In this document: piece after piece, positions 47,157 through 57,008 of the stretch
How the letters are laid out: each line of letters opens with the position of its first letter
How positions within the stretch are numbered: the first letter of the stretch is position 1
Assembly (NCBI GenBank): GCA_016840085.1
Contig: JAEOTA010000004.1
Location: 32,001-96,000, forward strand
DNA length: 64,000 bases
Direction of reading: 5' to 3'
DNA from: Promethearchaeota archaeon
GTDB lineage: Archaea; Asgardarchaeota; Lokiarchaeia; Sigyniarchaeales; SOKP01
Translations under genes and position numbers: made by a program
Notes under the pieces: generated by a model
Databases searched by the model: none
Seen by the model: the letters and a program-made list of their open reading frames with translations, nothing else
What the model was told of the DNA's origin: nothing

Positions 47157-48440
47157 TTGCAGAAGAAAATTGCATTTGTTCTTTATTATAATAAAGATAA
47201 TATTTATAGCTTAAACTCTATAGCTGCAGCTCTTGAGACTGGAGAATATTTTGAGGGTATAGAATTTTATTTTATTTTAAAAGAAAATGATCTTATACGA
47301 AATCTCCAGAATATTATTGATAATCATGATACTATTTTGGTAGGGATATCTTTTTTTACAACTCAACTATTTGATACTCATGATTTAATAAGAAGCCTTA
47401 AATCTAAATATGGAGATAAATGCTTATTCGTTGCCGGAGGACCCCATCCTACTGGGGATCCAATAGGAACTCTTGAAATGGGATTTGATTTAGTAGTAGT
47501 TGGCGAAGGAGAAGAAACAATTAAAGAGCTTATGAAGAACCTATTTCTTAATAAAAAATTAGATAATATTAAAGGAATAGCTTATTTGAATGAAAAAAAT
47601 AATTATATTTATACAGGAAAAAGAGCACCAATTAACCTAGATGAATATCCTCCTTTTCCAATAAAAAATACTAGATTTGGAGCAATTGAAATAACAAGAG
47701 GTTGCCCATATGTATGCTACTTTTGTCAGATCCCTTATATTTCAGGAACAATCCCAAGGCATAGAAATATAGAGTCTATCTGTAAATCTGTAAAAATTTT
47801 ACATGATTATTATGGTGATCTTACAGATATTAGATTTATAACTCCAAATGCTTTTTCTTATGGTTCTAAAGACGGAAAAAAAGTAAATCTGGCTAAACTT
47901 AAAGATTTACTTTTAAATATTAGAGAAATAATTGGTGAGAAAGCTAAAATTTTTTTTGGAACTTTTCCATCAGAAGTAAGACCTGAACATGTAAATCAAG
48001 ATACTTTAGATTTAGTTTTAAAATATGCTGATAACGATAATATTACTATAGGTGCTCAATCTGGTAGTCAAAAGATATTGGAATTATGCCATAGAGATCA
48101 TACTTCAGAAGATGTGTATAAAGCTGTTAATCTGGCATTAAAGTCAAAACTTAAGGTTAATGTAGATTTTATCTTTGGGTTACCTGGAGAAATAGAGGAA
48201 GATATTGCACTTACAATTAAAATGATGAGAAATTTATCAGAATTAGGAGCAAGAATTCATGCCCATTCATTTATTCCCTTACCACAGACACCGTTTGCTA
48301 AGCAACCTGTTAAGCATTTGAATGAAGCTTATAAAAAAGCAATAAAAAATTTAATATCAAAAGGATATGCGTTTGGAGATTGGAATAAACAAGAAAAGAT
48401 AGCATTTAAAATTGCCCAATATTTAAAAAATAACATTTAA
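47157..48440 (+). CDS. B12-binding-domain radical SAM protein (TIGR04013-like)
   Basis: GGPHPTG, GEGE, EITRGCPYVCYFCQ, RFITPNAFSYG, FPSEVRPE. Confidence 0.9.
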   Translation: MQKKIAFVLYYNKDNIYSLNSIAAALETGEYFEGIEFYFILKENDLIRNLQNIIDNHDTILVGISFFTTQLFDTHDLIRSLKSKYGDKCLFVAGGPHPTGDPIGTLEMGFDLVVVGEGEETIKELMKNLFLNKKLDNIKGIAYLNEKNNYIYTGKRAPINLDEYPPFPIKNTRFGAIEITRGCPYVCYFCQIPYISGTIPRHRNIESICKSVKILHDYYGDLTDIRFITPNAFSYGSKDGKKVNLAKLKDLLLNIREIIGEKAKIFFGTFPSEVRPEHVNQDTLDLVLKYADNDNITIGAQSGSQKILELCHRDHTSEDVYKAVNLALKSKLKVNVDFIFGLPGEIEEDIALTIKMMRNLSELGARIHAHSFIPLPQTPFAKQPVKHLNEAYKKAIKNLISKGYAFGDWNKQEKIAFKIAQYLKNNI

Positions 48441-48452
48441 ATAAAGTTAAAT

Positions 48453-49313
48453 TTATTTAACAAGTCTGATCTTATTTTCTTCTTTCTTTATAAAACCTTC
48501 TTTTTCTAATTTATTAAGCACATTTTTAACTCTCTTTTGATCAAAATTGACGAATTTTTTTTCAAAGTCTAATTTATGGAGCGTTTTAGTCTTTATTAGA
48601 ATTTTTAAAACTTCTCCTCTAAGTTGTCTGTTCGATCCTTTGAAAGAGGTTTGCTTTCGATAATGAGCACTCTTTTTATTTAATTCAGGGTGAGTTTTTT
48701 TTAACATAACTCCGTAATCCATAAGCGCATAATACCAGTCTCGTGGGTTTTTTTTATCAATTGTTTTCTCAACAAAAGGTGAAATTTCTTTGTCTTTTAC
48801 GTGATTTTTGTTAGCAAAAAAGAAGTAGAGGTATACATTTCTGATATTAGTTTCAATAAAGATTGTAGGTTTATTAAACGCAAACGTAACAATTGAGGAT
48901 GCTGTATTATGTCCTATTTGAGGAAATGATTTTAGAATCTCTATAGAATTAGGCATCTTACCATCATAATCATTTATTATAATATCAGCTATTTTTTTTA
49001 GTGCAACTGCTCTACGATTATACCCTAGTCCTTTCCATACCTTAAGAACCTTATCAAGTGGAGCTTTTGAGAGGGTAGAAAAATCAGGGAAACTTTCTAA
49101 AAACTCTAAAAACTTCTCTGAGACTCTCTTTGTTTGAGTTTGTTGTAGCATAATTTCTGAAATCAAAACTTTATAAGGTGTGATTTCCTCTCTGAAAGGA
49201 AAATCTCTTTTAAAATTTTTGTAATAGGAGTAAATAATTTTTTGGAATGATTGAACTAATTCAGATGTTAATCCAGATGTTTTATAAAGCTTATGAAAAT
49301 CAGTAATAAGCAT
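48453..49313 (-). CDS. mutY: MutY-like A/G-specific adenine glycosylase (HhH-GPD), lacking the Fe-S motif
   Basis: VLISEIMLQQTQ, WKGLGYNRRA, IETNIR, ALMDYG; no Cys cluster. Confidence 0.85.
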   Translation of the reverse strand: MLITDFHKLYKTSGLTSELVQSFQKIIYSYYKNFKRDFPFREEITPYKVLISEIMLQQTQTKRVSEKFLEFLESFPDFSTLSKAPLDKVLKVWKGLGYNRRAVALKKIADIIINDYDGKMPNSIEILKSFPQIGHNTASSIVTFAFNKPTIFIETNIRNVYLYFFFANKNHVKDKEISPFVEKTIDKKNPRDWYYALMDYGVMLKKTHPELNKKSAHYRKQTSFKGSNRQLRGEVLKILIKTKTLHKLDFEKKFVNFDQKRVKNVLNKLEKEGFIKKEENKIRLVK

Positions 49314-49428
49314 TTTTTTGATAATAAAGGAGTTAAATATACATTAATTGAATATTTGATAGAAATAAAGCTATAAATAAAAAGAATTTATGGATTTCAA
49401 AGTATAAAAGTTATTTGAAAATACCTTA

Positions 49429-51336
49429 TTAAGAAAGATCAAATGCAAATACGGTTGTTCCATCTTCAATTTTCTTAAGTTTAAGAGAATATCCTGAGCT
49501 ATTTATTATTTTTAACATAGCTTTATTTTCAAGTAAGATTGTCCCTCCAAATGTTTTATAATTAAGCTCTTTGCCAATTTTAACTAAATAATTTAATAAA
49601 AATTTTGTTATCCCAAATCCTCTCCAGTTTTTATGAACCACAAATGCTAATTCAGCAATTGAAGGTTGATATGCTTTAAAGAAAGCTCCCATTGCAACGA
49701 TTTTTTCTTCACCATTTTCACTGAATTCTCCTACTAAAATCATATCTGTGGCGTAATCGATATTGACCATTGGTTGGATTCTTCTATGCCGAAAATCTTT
49801 CATGGGTGTAAAGAATCTTAGATACCTATCTTTTTCATCTAATGAATAATGGAGCTCTTGTATCATTCTTTCATCAGTAGGTTTAACAGGCCGGATCTTT
49901 ATTTTTTTACCATTTTTAAGTTCTAAAACAGTCTCATACTTTTCTGGATAGACGCTTATTCTTCCATCAATAGAAAGGGGTAATTTTTGGTCTGTATAGA
50001 TATATTTCCATTTTTTTGCATGTTCTAATAATTCTTCTCGAAAATCAGGATGAGCAATATTGATCATTTCAAGAACTCTTTCTCTGACGCTTTTTCCATA
50101 GAGGTATGCTATCCCCCATTCGGTAACTACATAATGAATATCTCCTCTTGTTATTACTACACCCGAACCGGGCTCAAGAAAAGGTGATATTCTCGACACT
50201 ACAGTTCCATCTTTTAAAGTAGCAGTAGAGGGTAATACCATTATTGGTTTTCCTTCTTCAGCTCTCCCAGCACCTCTTACAAAATCAACTTGACCTCCTA
50301 TTCCACTATAAAATCTATGTCCTAGTGAATCTGAATTTACTTGACCTGTTAAATCCACACTTAAAGCTGCATTTATCGCAACTTGCTTCTTATTTTTACT
50401 AATAATAAAAGGATCATTTGTATAATCACAGGGATGGAATTCTACCATTGGATTATCATGAACAAAATCATACAACTTTTTTGAACCCATTACAAATGAG
50501 CATATAATTTTATCTCGATGTATGCTCTTTTTTTTACAGGTAATAACACCTTCTTCTACAAGTTCAACTATTCCATCTGAAAATACTTCACTATGAACAC
50601 CTAGATCTTTTTTATCAATTAATTCTCGTGTAACTGCATTTGGTATCTGTCCTATTCCCATTTGTATAGTAGATTCATCTTCAATTAAAGATGCTACAAA
50701 TTTTGCTATTTTGATAGAAACATCATCAAGCTCACCATAATTGAATTCAATTATCTCATGATCACTTAAAACAAAAGCATCAATATCATCCATATGTATG
50801 AAAGAATCACCTAAAGTACGAGGCATATTAGGATTAATCTCAGCTACCACATTTTCAGCCGATTCTGCAATTGGTTTAACAATATCTACGTTAATCCCAT
50901 AACTACAAAATCCATATCGATCTGGTGGACTAACTTGAATGAGTGCTGTATCCATATGCATCTTGCCAGATTTAAATAATTCTGGAATTTCTGAAAGCAA
51001 CATTGGAGTATAGTCTGCTTGTCCTCTCTCAATATATTTCCGTAAGGACTTTCCTATGAAAAATGCATTATGTCTAAATAAATCCTCTATTCCTCCAGCA
51101 GTTTCATAATAATCAAGGTCACTAAGGCTTAGAAAATGCAATATCTCTACATCAGGTAGCTTACGACCATATTCAATTAATTTCTTTGTAAGATCTAAGG
51201 GTTCTGCGCAACCAGAATCAATAAAAATTCGGTCACTTGGTTTAATATAATTTCTAATTGCATCATCAAGAGAGACTTGCTTTTTATTATAATCTTTTAT
51301 CAAACTAGAAATGTCTTGATTTGGAGTAAATGGCAT
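49429..51336 (-). CDS. Acetyl-CoA hydrolase/4-hydroxybutyrate CoA-transferase fused to a C-terminal GNAT domain
   Basis: QMGIGQIP, LGVHSE, SGIGGQVDF, VTEWGIA, IAHPDFR; GNAT part RYLRFF...AELAFVVHKNWRGFGI. Confidence 0.92.
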   Translation of the reverse strand: MPFTPNQDISSLIKDYNKKQVSLDDAIRNYIKPSDRIFIDSGCAEPLDLTKKLIEYGRKLPDVEILHFLSLSDLDYYETAGGIEDLFRHNAFFIGKSLRKYIERGQADYTPMLLSEIPELFKSGKMHMDTALIQVSPPDRYGFCSYGINVDIVKPIAESAENVVAEINPNMPRTLGDSFIHMDDIDAFVLSDHEIIEFNYGELDDVSIKIAKFVASLIEDESTIQMGIGQIPNAVTRELIDKKDLGVHSEVFSDGIVELVEEGVITCKKKSIHRDKIICSFVMGSKKLYDFVHDNPMVEFHPCDYTNDPFIISKNKKQVAINAALSVDLTGQVNSDSLGHRFYSGIGGQVDFVRGAGRAEEGKPIMVLPSTATLKDGTVVSRISPFLEPGSGVVITRGDIHYVVTEWGIAYLYGKSVRERVLEMINIAHPDFREELLEHAKKWKYIYTDQKLPLSIDGRISVYPEKYETVLELKNGKKIKIRPVKPTDERMIQELHYSLDEKDRYLRFFTPMKDFRHRRIQPMVNIDYATDMILVGEFSENGEEKIVAMGAFFKAYQPSIAELAFVVHKNWRGFGITKFLLNYLVKIGKELNYKTFGGTILLENKAMLKIINSSGYSLKLKKIEDGTTVFAFDLS

Positions 51337-51467
51337 TAAATCACTATATTTTTATATTAATTTCATTTAAATTAGTAGTTAAAGAATTTTAAATATATTT
51401 ACATAAGATTATTAGAGTAAATTATAAGTCTAAATCCTTTTTCACAAATTTTCAAATATTATTCTAA

Positions 51468-52160
51468 ATGTATATTAACATAATTATTATAAGCGCAATA
51501 TTAAGAGAAATTAGCGAGAGTGTATTTAAAATGTGTATATTATTTCTTTTTAATATAATAAGTCTTGTTTTAATAATGCCCTTATATTTTTTATCTGTTG
51601 AGCATTTAAAACTTCAGGAGAAATACGGAAAGGAGAAAGGATTACAAATTACCAAGATTTGTGGATTAATTTCAGGATGGGGTTTTTTCTTATTTTTATT
51701 TGGGATTTGGATTTCACCCCAGCCAAGATTTAGAATCTCATTCTTCCAAATCGCTTTAACTTTAATTCCAATTATCGGGTTTTCTATTTCGATTTTCCAG
51801 TTAATTATATCAGTTCCGCTTATTTTTATTGGTGCTTGGTTTGGGATTGTAGGTGTAAAAGAAATTACATTAAAAGTAGCTGAAACTCATAGACCAGAAA
51901 AAGTTATAAGTACAGGAATTTATTCCAAGATTAGGCATCCACAATATTTTGGTGCAATTCTATCTCATATTGGAATTACATTCTTGCTTTCCTCCTTTTA
52001 TTCACTATTGTCAACTCCTTTAATAGTTTTTATAATTTATCTTATGTCATGGAAGGAAGAAAAAGAATTAATAAGAGAATTTGGTAAAGAATACAAAAAT
52101 TATAAAGAAAATGTGCCAATGTTAATACCAAGATTAAGAGTCAAAGAATCTAAAAAATAG
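51468..52160 (+). CDS. Isoprenylcysteine carboxyl methyltransferase (ICMT/PEMT) family membrane protein
   Basis: GIYSKIRHPQY, EEKELIREFGKEYKNY. Confidence 0.88.
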   Translation: MYINIIIISAILREISESVFKMCILFLFNIISLVLIMPLYFLSVEHLKLQEKYGKEKGLQITKICGLISGWGFFLFLFGIWISPQPRFRISFFQIALTLIPIIGFSISIFQLIISVPLIFIGAWFGIVGVKEITLKVAETHRPEKVISTGIYSKIRHPQYFGAILSHIGITFLLSSFYSLLSTPLIVFIIYLMSWKEEKELIREFGKEYKNYKENVPMLIPRLRVKESKK

Positions 52161-52251
52161 AATTAAAATAATTGCATAATAATCAATAATAAAAAATTTA
52201 ATATTTTTCTAAAATTTATAAAAATATACCCATTGATTTTCAAAGTTACAT

Positions 52252-52590
52252 ATGTCAAATGATAGAGTTGAAATCGCGGATTTAGAAGCATTTATCGATG
52301 GTTTAAAGGTTTCAATTGACACCTTAGAAGATGTTGATCCAAGTAAAGCTAAAGGGTTTCAAGCGCAACTAGCGAAAGCTATTTCTGATTTAAGAATAAA
52401 AAGAGCTGCTAAAATTGAACCGCTACCCGAACATATAGGTCATTTCACTAAGGAGGATCTAAAGAATTATTTATTAAAAGAATTAGAATCCTTGCAAGAT
52501 CATTTGGATTCTACCGATTATAATTGGAGTAGAAAATTTGATTTGGTAAAAAAAATCGCTCTATTAAGAGAACAGATAAATTCAATGTAG
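52252..52590 (+). CDS. Hypothetical helical protein
   Basis: 112-aa ORF upstream of tatD. Confidence 0.6.
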   Translation: MSNDRVEIADLEAFIDGLKVSIDTLEDVDPSKAKGFQAQLAKAISDLRIKRAAKIEPLPEHIGHFTKEDLKNYLLKELESLQDHLDSTDYNWSRKFDLVKKIALLREQINSM

Positions 52591-52609
52591 TTTTTCTTTT
52601 TTTTAAAAG

Positions 52610-53374
52610 GTGTTTATTATGTTAATTGATATTCATTGTCATGCCAATCTATTCTTAGTTTTAGATGAGGTACTTAAAGAAGCTAAAAATGTAGGAGTAG
52701 AAAAGATAATTTCTGTTGGGATGAGCTTTACTAGTTTAGGAAGAATATTAGAAATATGTGACAAATATGATACAATTTATCCTGCGTTAGGAATCCATCC
52801 TGAAGAAGTGAAGATGAATAAAGATATTAAAAATCAATTAGATTTAATAGTGGATATTATAAAAAAAAATAATGAAAAAATCTGCGCTATAGGCGAGATC
52901 GGTTTAGATCATCATTTTGTTAAAGAAAAGGAGCTATATCCTCTTCAAGAGGATATCTTTAAGATTATGCTTAGATTAGCTCAAGAATTGAAGTTACCTA
53001 TTAATTTACATACAAAGGGGGCAGAAAAATTAGTATTTGACATACTCCCCTCATATACTATCCCCCATATTAATATTCATTGGTATTCTGGACCTGAACA
53101 ATTTTTAAATTTAGGAATTGATCGAGGATACTATTTTTCAATTACTCCTGCTATCAGTTATTCACCTGCAGTTAAAAATACTGTCTTAAAAGTTGATAAA
53201 GAATTCATTCTTCTCGAAAGTGATGGACCGGTAAAATATTCTGGAAAAATCGGCACTCCTGCAATGATTAAAGACGTGTTAAATACAATCTCTAAGTTAA
53301 AGAAAATTGATACTAAAGAATTAGAAAAGCAAATAGAAAATAATACGAAATTAGTTTTCCCCAAAATCTTTTAA
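52610..53374 (+). CDS. tatD: TatD-family nuclease
   Basis: IDIHCH, GIHP, IGEIGLD, LH, HW, ESDGP. Confidence 0.93.
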   Translation: MFIMLIDIHCHANLFLVLDEVLKEAKNVGVEKIISVGMSFTSLGRILEICDKYDTIYPALGIHPEEVKMNKDIKNQLDLIVDIIKKNNEKICAIGEIGLDHHFVKEKELYPLQEDIFKIMLRLAQELKLPINLHTKGAEKLVFDILPSYTIPHINIHWYSGPEQFLNLGIDRGYYFSITPAISYSPAVKNTVLKVDKEFILLESDGPVKYSGKIGTPAMIKDVLNTISKLKKIDTKELEKQIENNTKLVFPKIF

Positions 53375-53483
53375 GGAATAATTATAGTCATATCTCTTAT
53401 TTTAATCAATTATTAAAATTATAGCATCTAATATTTTCTTGGAAAAATGTTTTTAATTCTTTTCTAATTTAGTATTTAATTAG

Positions 53484-54359
53484 TTAATTAGTTTTGTTGG
53501 CGATAATAAATACATGATATTCTGGTACAACTGGTTCATCAATTCCAACATATTTAGTTAAAATCACTTCAAATCCATATGATTTCAGAAGTTTTTCCCA
53601 TTCTTTCACCTTAAGAAAATTGATAGGTATATTGATATCTTCGTCCCCAATTACTCGATTGTAAAACCAATCAAAAAAACTGTTAGTAATCCTAAATTCA
53701 TCATCCTCAATATAAGCTTCTTTGATTAATAAGCGCTGTTTGGTTACTCTTGCTGCTTCTTCCAATAAATGTTTGGGATCGCTCGCGTGATGTAATACAG
53801 TATAGAGAATGGTAGTATCTACTTCCTCATCTGCTAGAGGTACTTTTCCCTTTGGATTGTATAAAATTAATGGTAGATCTGTATAATTATAATCTACAAT
53901 ATCAACTAGCACAACTTCTTTATTAAGTTGTTCTCTTACTTCTAAGGCTAAAAGCCCATTTCCTGCACCAAGATCAAGTATCTTATTTCCTACGATATAA
54001 TTTTTTATTTTTTCAAACCTCTCTTTAGCATTTTTGAATTCTTTAGGCTTTAGATCTTTTTCATTATCTGCATGTTTTCTGATAAATTTTCTCAGTGTTT
54101 CTTCAACTTTAATAAGAGAAATTCCTTTTTTCAGACCTTTAGTAATGATTCTGTTCACATATAACCAAAAAATATGTCTTTTAAAATAATCCAAACCAGC
54201 ATTTTTCATGGCAGATAAAAATAATGACCGAATTTCATTCCAATAATGCTTATCTTTTTCATTTTTCTTAGAAAATATTGGATATATGAGACTTTCCACA
54301 AGATCTATATCATTTTGATTAGTAGGTTGGTAAAATTTAATTGTTTCTTCTTGAATCAT
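53484..54359 (-). CDS. Class I SAM-dependent methyltransferase
   Basis: ILDLGAGNG, YTVLHH, EAARV. Confidence 0.88.
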   Translation of the reverse strand: MIQEETIKFYQPTNQNDIDLVESLIYPIFSKKNEKDKHYWNEIRSLFLSAMKNAGLDYFKRHIFWLYVNRIITKGLKKGISLIKVEETLRKFIRKHADNEKDLKPKEFKNAKERFEKIKNYIVGNKILDLGAGNGLLALEVREQLNKEVVLVDIVDYNYTDLPLILYNPKGKVPLADEEVDTTILYTVLHHASDPKHLLEEAARVTKQRLLIKEAYIEDDEFRITNSFFDWFYNRVIGDEDINIPINFLKVKEWEKLLKSYGFEVILTKYVGIDEPVVPEYHVFIIANKTN

Positions 54360-54391
54360 TTATTTTTCACATCCATTAAATTTTTAAATAA

Positions 54392-55063
54392 GTGAGTATT
54401 TACTCACTTATAAACTTTATGAGCAATTGCTCCTTTAATATTACTATAATGTCAAGTAAAAAATTTTCACGAAATAAAAAAGATAAAATTAACCTGATTT
54501 ATGATACATTTTTTAAACTAATCTTAAAAAAGGGTTATCACAAAACCAGTACAAATCATATCGCAAAATCAGCTAAAGTTAGTATTGGTACGATCTATAG
54601 ATATTTTCCGAAAGGGAAAGAAGATATTATAAGAAAATATTTTGAGGAATCGATGGGAAACTTTTTGGACAGTCAGGATTTAAGTATTGTGAATGATGAA
54701 AATATAAGAGATTTTCTCAATCGTTTTGTTTTAGATTTATATAAGAATCACGAAGAAAATAAAGGATATAATCTAGCTTTTAGATCTGCTATACAATCCG
54801 ATAAAAAATTGTATAATTCACACAAAGAGAAAATTTTAATTTTTTTTAAAGATACAGTGCAGAAATTAAGGAAGACAAATAAAAACTTTAAACAAATACC
54901 TGAGGATAGATTGGTTGAAACATTTACCTTTATTTATAATCTTATAAATGCGATTTTATATCATCATTTATCTATAATGGAATTATTTGATACAGAGGAT
55001 AAAATTGTCGAATATCTTTCAAATTTAGTAATTTTTTCATTGAAGTATTTACTTAATAATTAA
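54392..55063 (+). CDS. TetR/AcrR-family regulator
   Basis: GYHKTSTNHIAKSAKVSIGTIYRYF HTH; divergent from the methyltransferase. Confidence 0.92.
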   Translation: MSIYSLINFMSNCSFNITIMSSKKFSRNKKDKINLIYDTFFKLILKKGYHKTSTNHIAKSAKVSIGTIYRYFPKGKEDIIRKYFEESMGNFLDSQDLSIVNDENIRDFLNRFVLDLYKNHEENKGYNLAFRSAIQSDKKLYNSHKEKILIFFKDTVQKLRKTNKNFKQIPEDRLVETFTFIYNLINAILYHHLSIMELFDTEDKIVEYLSNLVIFSLKYLLNN

Positions 55064-55084
55064 AGATATATTAAAAAATTGTAT

Positions 55085-56110
55085 CTATGATTTTTCTTCT
55101 CTTTCCATTATTTGAATAATTTCTTTAGGTAATTCTCCTCTGCTTTTCATTCGATCTAGCATATCTTTTATTTCAGAAAACGTATTACCATAAATATGAA
55201 GTGAATTGCTAAAATCTAAATAGTGACCCATCTCAACATCGAGCTCATCAGCAATACTCTTTTGAATTCTTATCATTCCATTAACATTGGCTTCCCAAGC
55301 TCGGAATAGGTCTCGGCTCCTCCAGGTTGTTTGCATAATTAGTTGTCCGTTTTTAATTCGCATAAATACTCTCTGAAGACAGGGAGGATCCACATGATAT
55401 GGATCCACTAATGGTCGCCAGGTTATAGCTTGCGCTCTGCGTGAATAAGGCTTTTCTTTTAATTTCTGTATAATATATTCCATTTGATTAATTCTTGGAA
55501 AATTAAACACTGCGATAGGAATTTTCTCAAATCCTACTTGTTCAGAGATTTTTTTATCTAAATCAAATTCTACTCCATTTTTTAATTTCCAAATATTAGA
55601 TTCAGCAGTGCTTCTAATTTTCTCCGCTTTTATCAATTTCTTATGAGTTTTTACAAAATCATTATCAACTAGTTCTAAATCATAATTTTTATGAATACTA
55701 TCTTCAAGAGAAAAAGGAGAATAGTTAAAAACTCTATCATGGTAAGAATAAGGAAAACTTACATCAGAATCAAATAAAAAGTGATCATTCACACCTTCCA
55801 TGATTTCTTCGATATAACCACTCTGTATTGAGCCTATTAAATATGTGTCTGCTATACAACCAAATACTTCATATGAATTACCAAATTTTGATCTAATTTT
55901 CATAATTTTATCCTTTCTCATTATTGGATCACTCATAGGGTAGTTAATCTCAATTAATACAGAAGCATCTTTAGAAGGAGGATCCTCTGGTTTATCATAT
56001 TCTGTTTTTATATCATCTCCATTATATAATACTTGCCCTATAGCAGAAAGCCACGCGTCTCGAACATTAGGTTTTGAAATAAAAAAAACTTTAGCCACTT
56101 TTGAACACAC
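55085..56110 (-). CDS. thyA: Archaeal-type thymidylate synthase (ThyA-like) with an internal insertion
   Basis: YSYHDR, SRRAQAITW, PPCLQ, WRSRD, SLHIY. Confidence 0.88.
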   Translation of the reverse strand: MCSKVAKVFFISKPNVRDAWLSAIGQVLYNGDDIKTEYDKPEDPPSKDASVLIEINYPMSDPIMRKDKIMKIRSKFGNSYEVFGCIADTYLIGSIQSGYIEEIMEGVNDHFLFDSDVSFPYSYHDRVFNYSPFSLEDSIHKNYDLELVDNDFVKTHKKLIKAEKIRSTAESNIWKLKNGVEFDLDKKISEQVGFEKIPIAVFNFPRINQMEYIIQKLKEKPYSRRAQAITWRPLVDPYHVDPPCLQRVFMRIKNGQLIMQTTWRSRDLFRAWEANVNGMIRIQKSIADELDVEMGHYLDFSNSLHIYGNTFSEIKDMLDRMKSRGELPKEIIQIMEREEKS

Positions 56111-56384
56111 TCATAAATTATTTTATGCTCACATTGATATAGAGATTCTTCTATTACAATAATTAGTATTTATCTGTTAAATAATTAATAACCCTTAGTC
56201 GAATTTTATAAAATTTTAATTAATATTTTTGTAATTAGTTTTTTGACAAACCTTCATCAAAATATTTATAAAACCTAAATTAACATTATTTTATTATAGG
56301 AATATATTGATTAACTTACAAATCTCATTCAAAAATTTAAATAATAAGAGTAAAATAATTAAATAAACTATAGGATGAAGTATA

Positions 56385-56582
56385 ATGGGTGACGATGAGA
56401 AGAAAAAGAAAAAAGGTTTTGGAAAGTCATTAAAGAAAGGTTTTGCGAAAGGTTTAGGTAAAATAGTGGAAAGTGTTTCTGGCTCCGAAGCAGCAGGCGC
56501 TGGCGTTAAGAAAGCTGTCAAGAAAGGCAGTATTAAGAAAGGAATTAAAAAGGGTCTTAAAGAAGCCAAAGAAGATGATTAA
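56385..56582 (+). CDS. Small Lys/Gly-rich basic protein
   Basis: 65 aa with repeated KKG motifs; GC/codon pattern differs from the AT-rich flanks. Confidence 0.65.
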   Translation: MGDDEKKKKKGFGKSLKKGFAKGLGKIVESVSGSEAAGAGVKKAVKKGSIKKGIKKGLKEAKEDD

Positions 56583-56702
56583 TTTATTCTAAATTGACCT
56601 ACTAAATTATTATCTATTTTTATTTTTTATTAACAACAAATTTTTAATAATTATTTTGTTTTAAATTCTTAAGATAATCAAACTGATGGCTTTAATTATA
56701 AT

Positions 56703-56993
56703 ATGAAATTGCATCTTGAATTCTCTCCCCCATTTAATGAAGTTACTAAAAAGTTATTTGAAACATTTGAATTTGATAAAGAGTTAATTCTAAAAGAATT
56801 ATTAGAATTCTTTCATGAGACGTATGGAAAAGCTTTTACTGATTTAGTCTGGGAAAAAGGAAAAAAAGGGGAATTTAATAAGCTTCTTTCTCTGATTATA
56901 AATGGACATAGTTATCGTCATGATAAATTTTTAAACACTATTTTAAAAGATGGTGATCAGATAGTCTTTATTTACATTTATTTTGGCGGTTAA
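56703..56993 (+). CDS. MoaD/ThiS/SAMP ubiquitin-like protein
   Basis: LIING...LKDGDQIVF...FGG C-terminal diglycine. Confidence 0.88.
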   Translation: MKLHLEFSPPFNEVTKKLFETFEFDKELILKELLEFFHETYGKAFTDLVWEKGKKGEFNKLLSLIINGHSYRHDKFLNTILKDGDQIVFIYIYFGG

Positions 56994-57008
56994 ACCTTTT
57001 TTTAAAGT

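Noticed and set aside
49429-51336. CoA-transferase-GNAT fusion as novel
   Set aside because: This architecture is already known from anaerobic bacteria.
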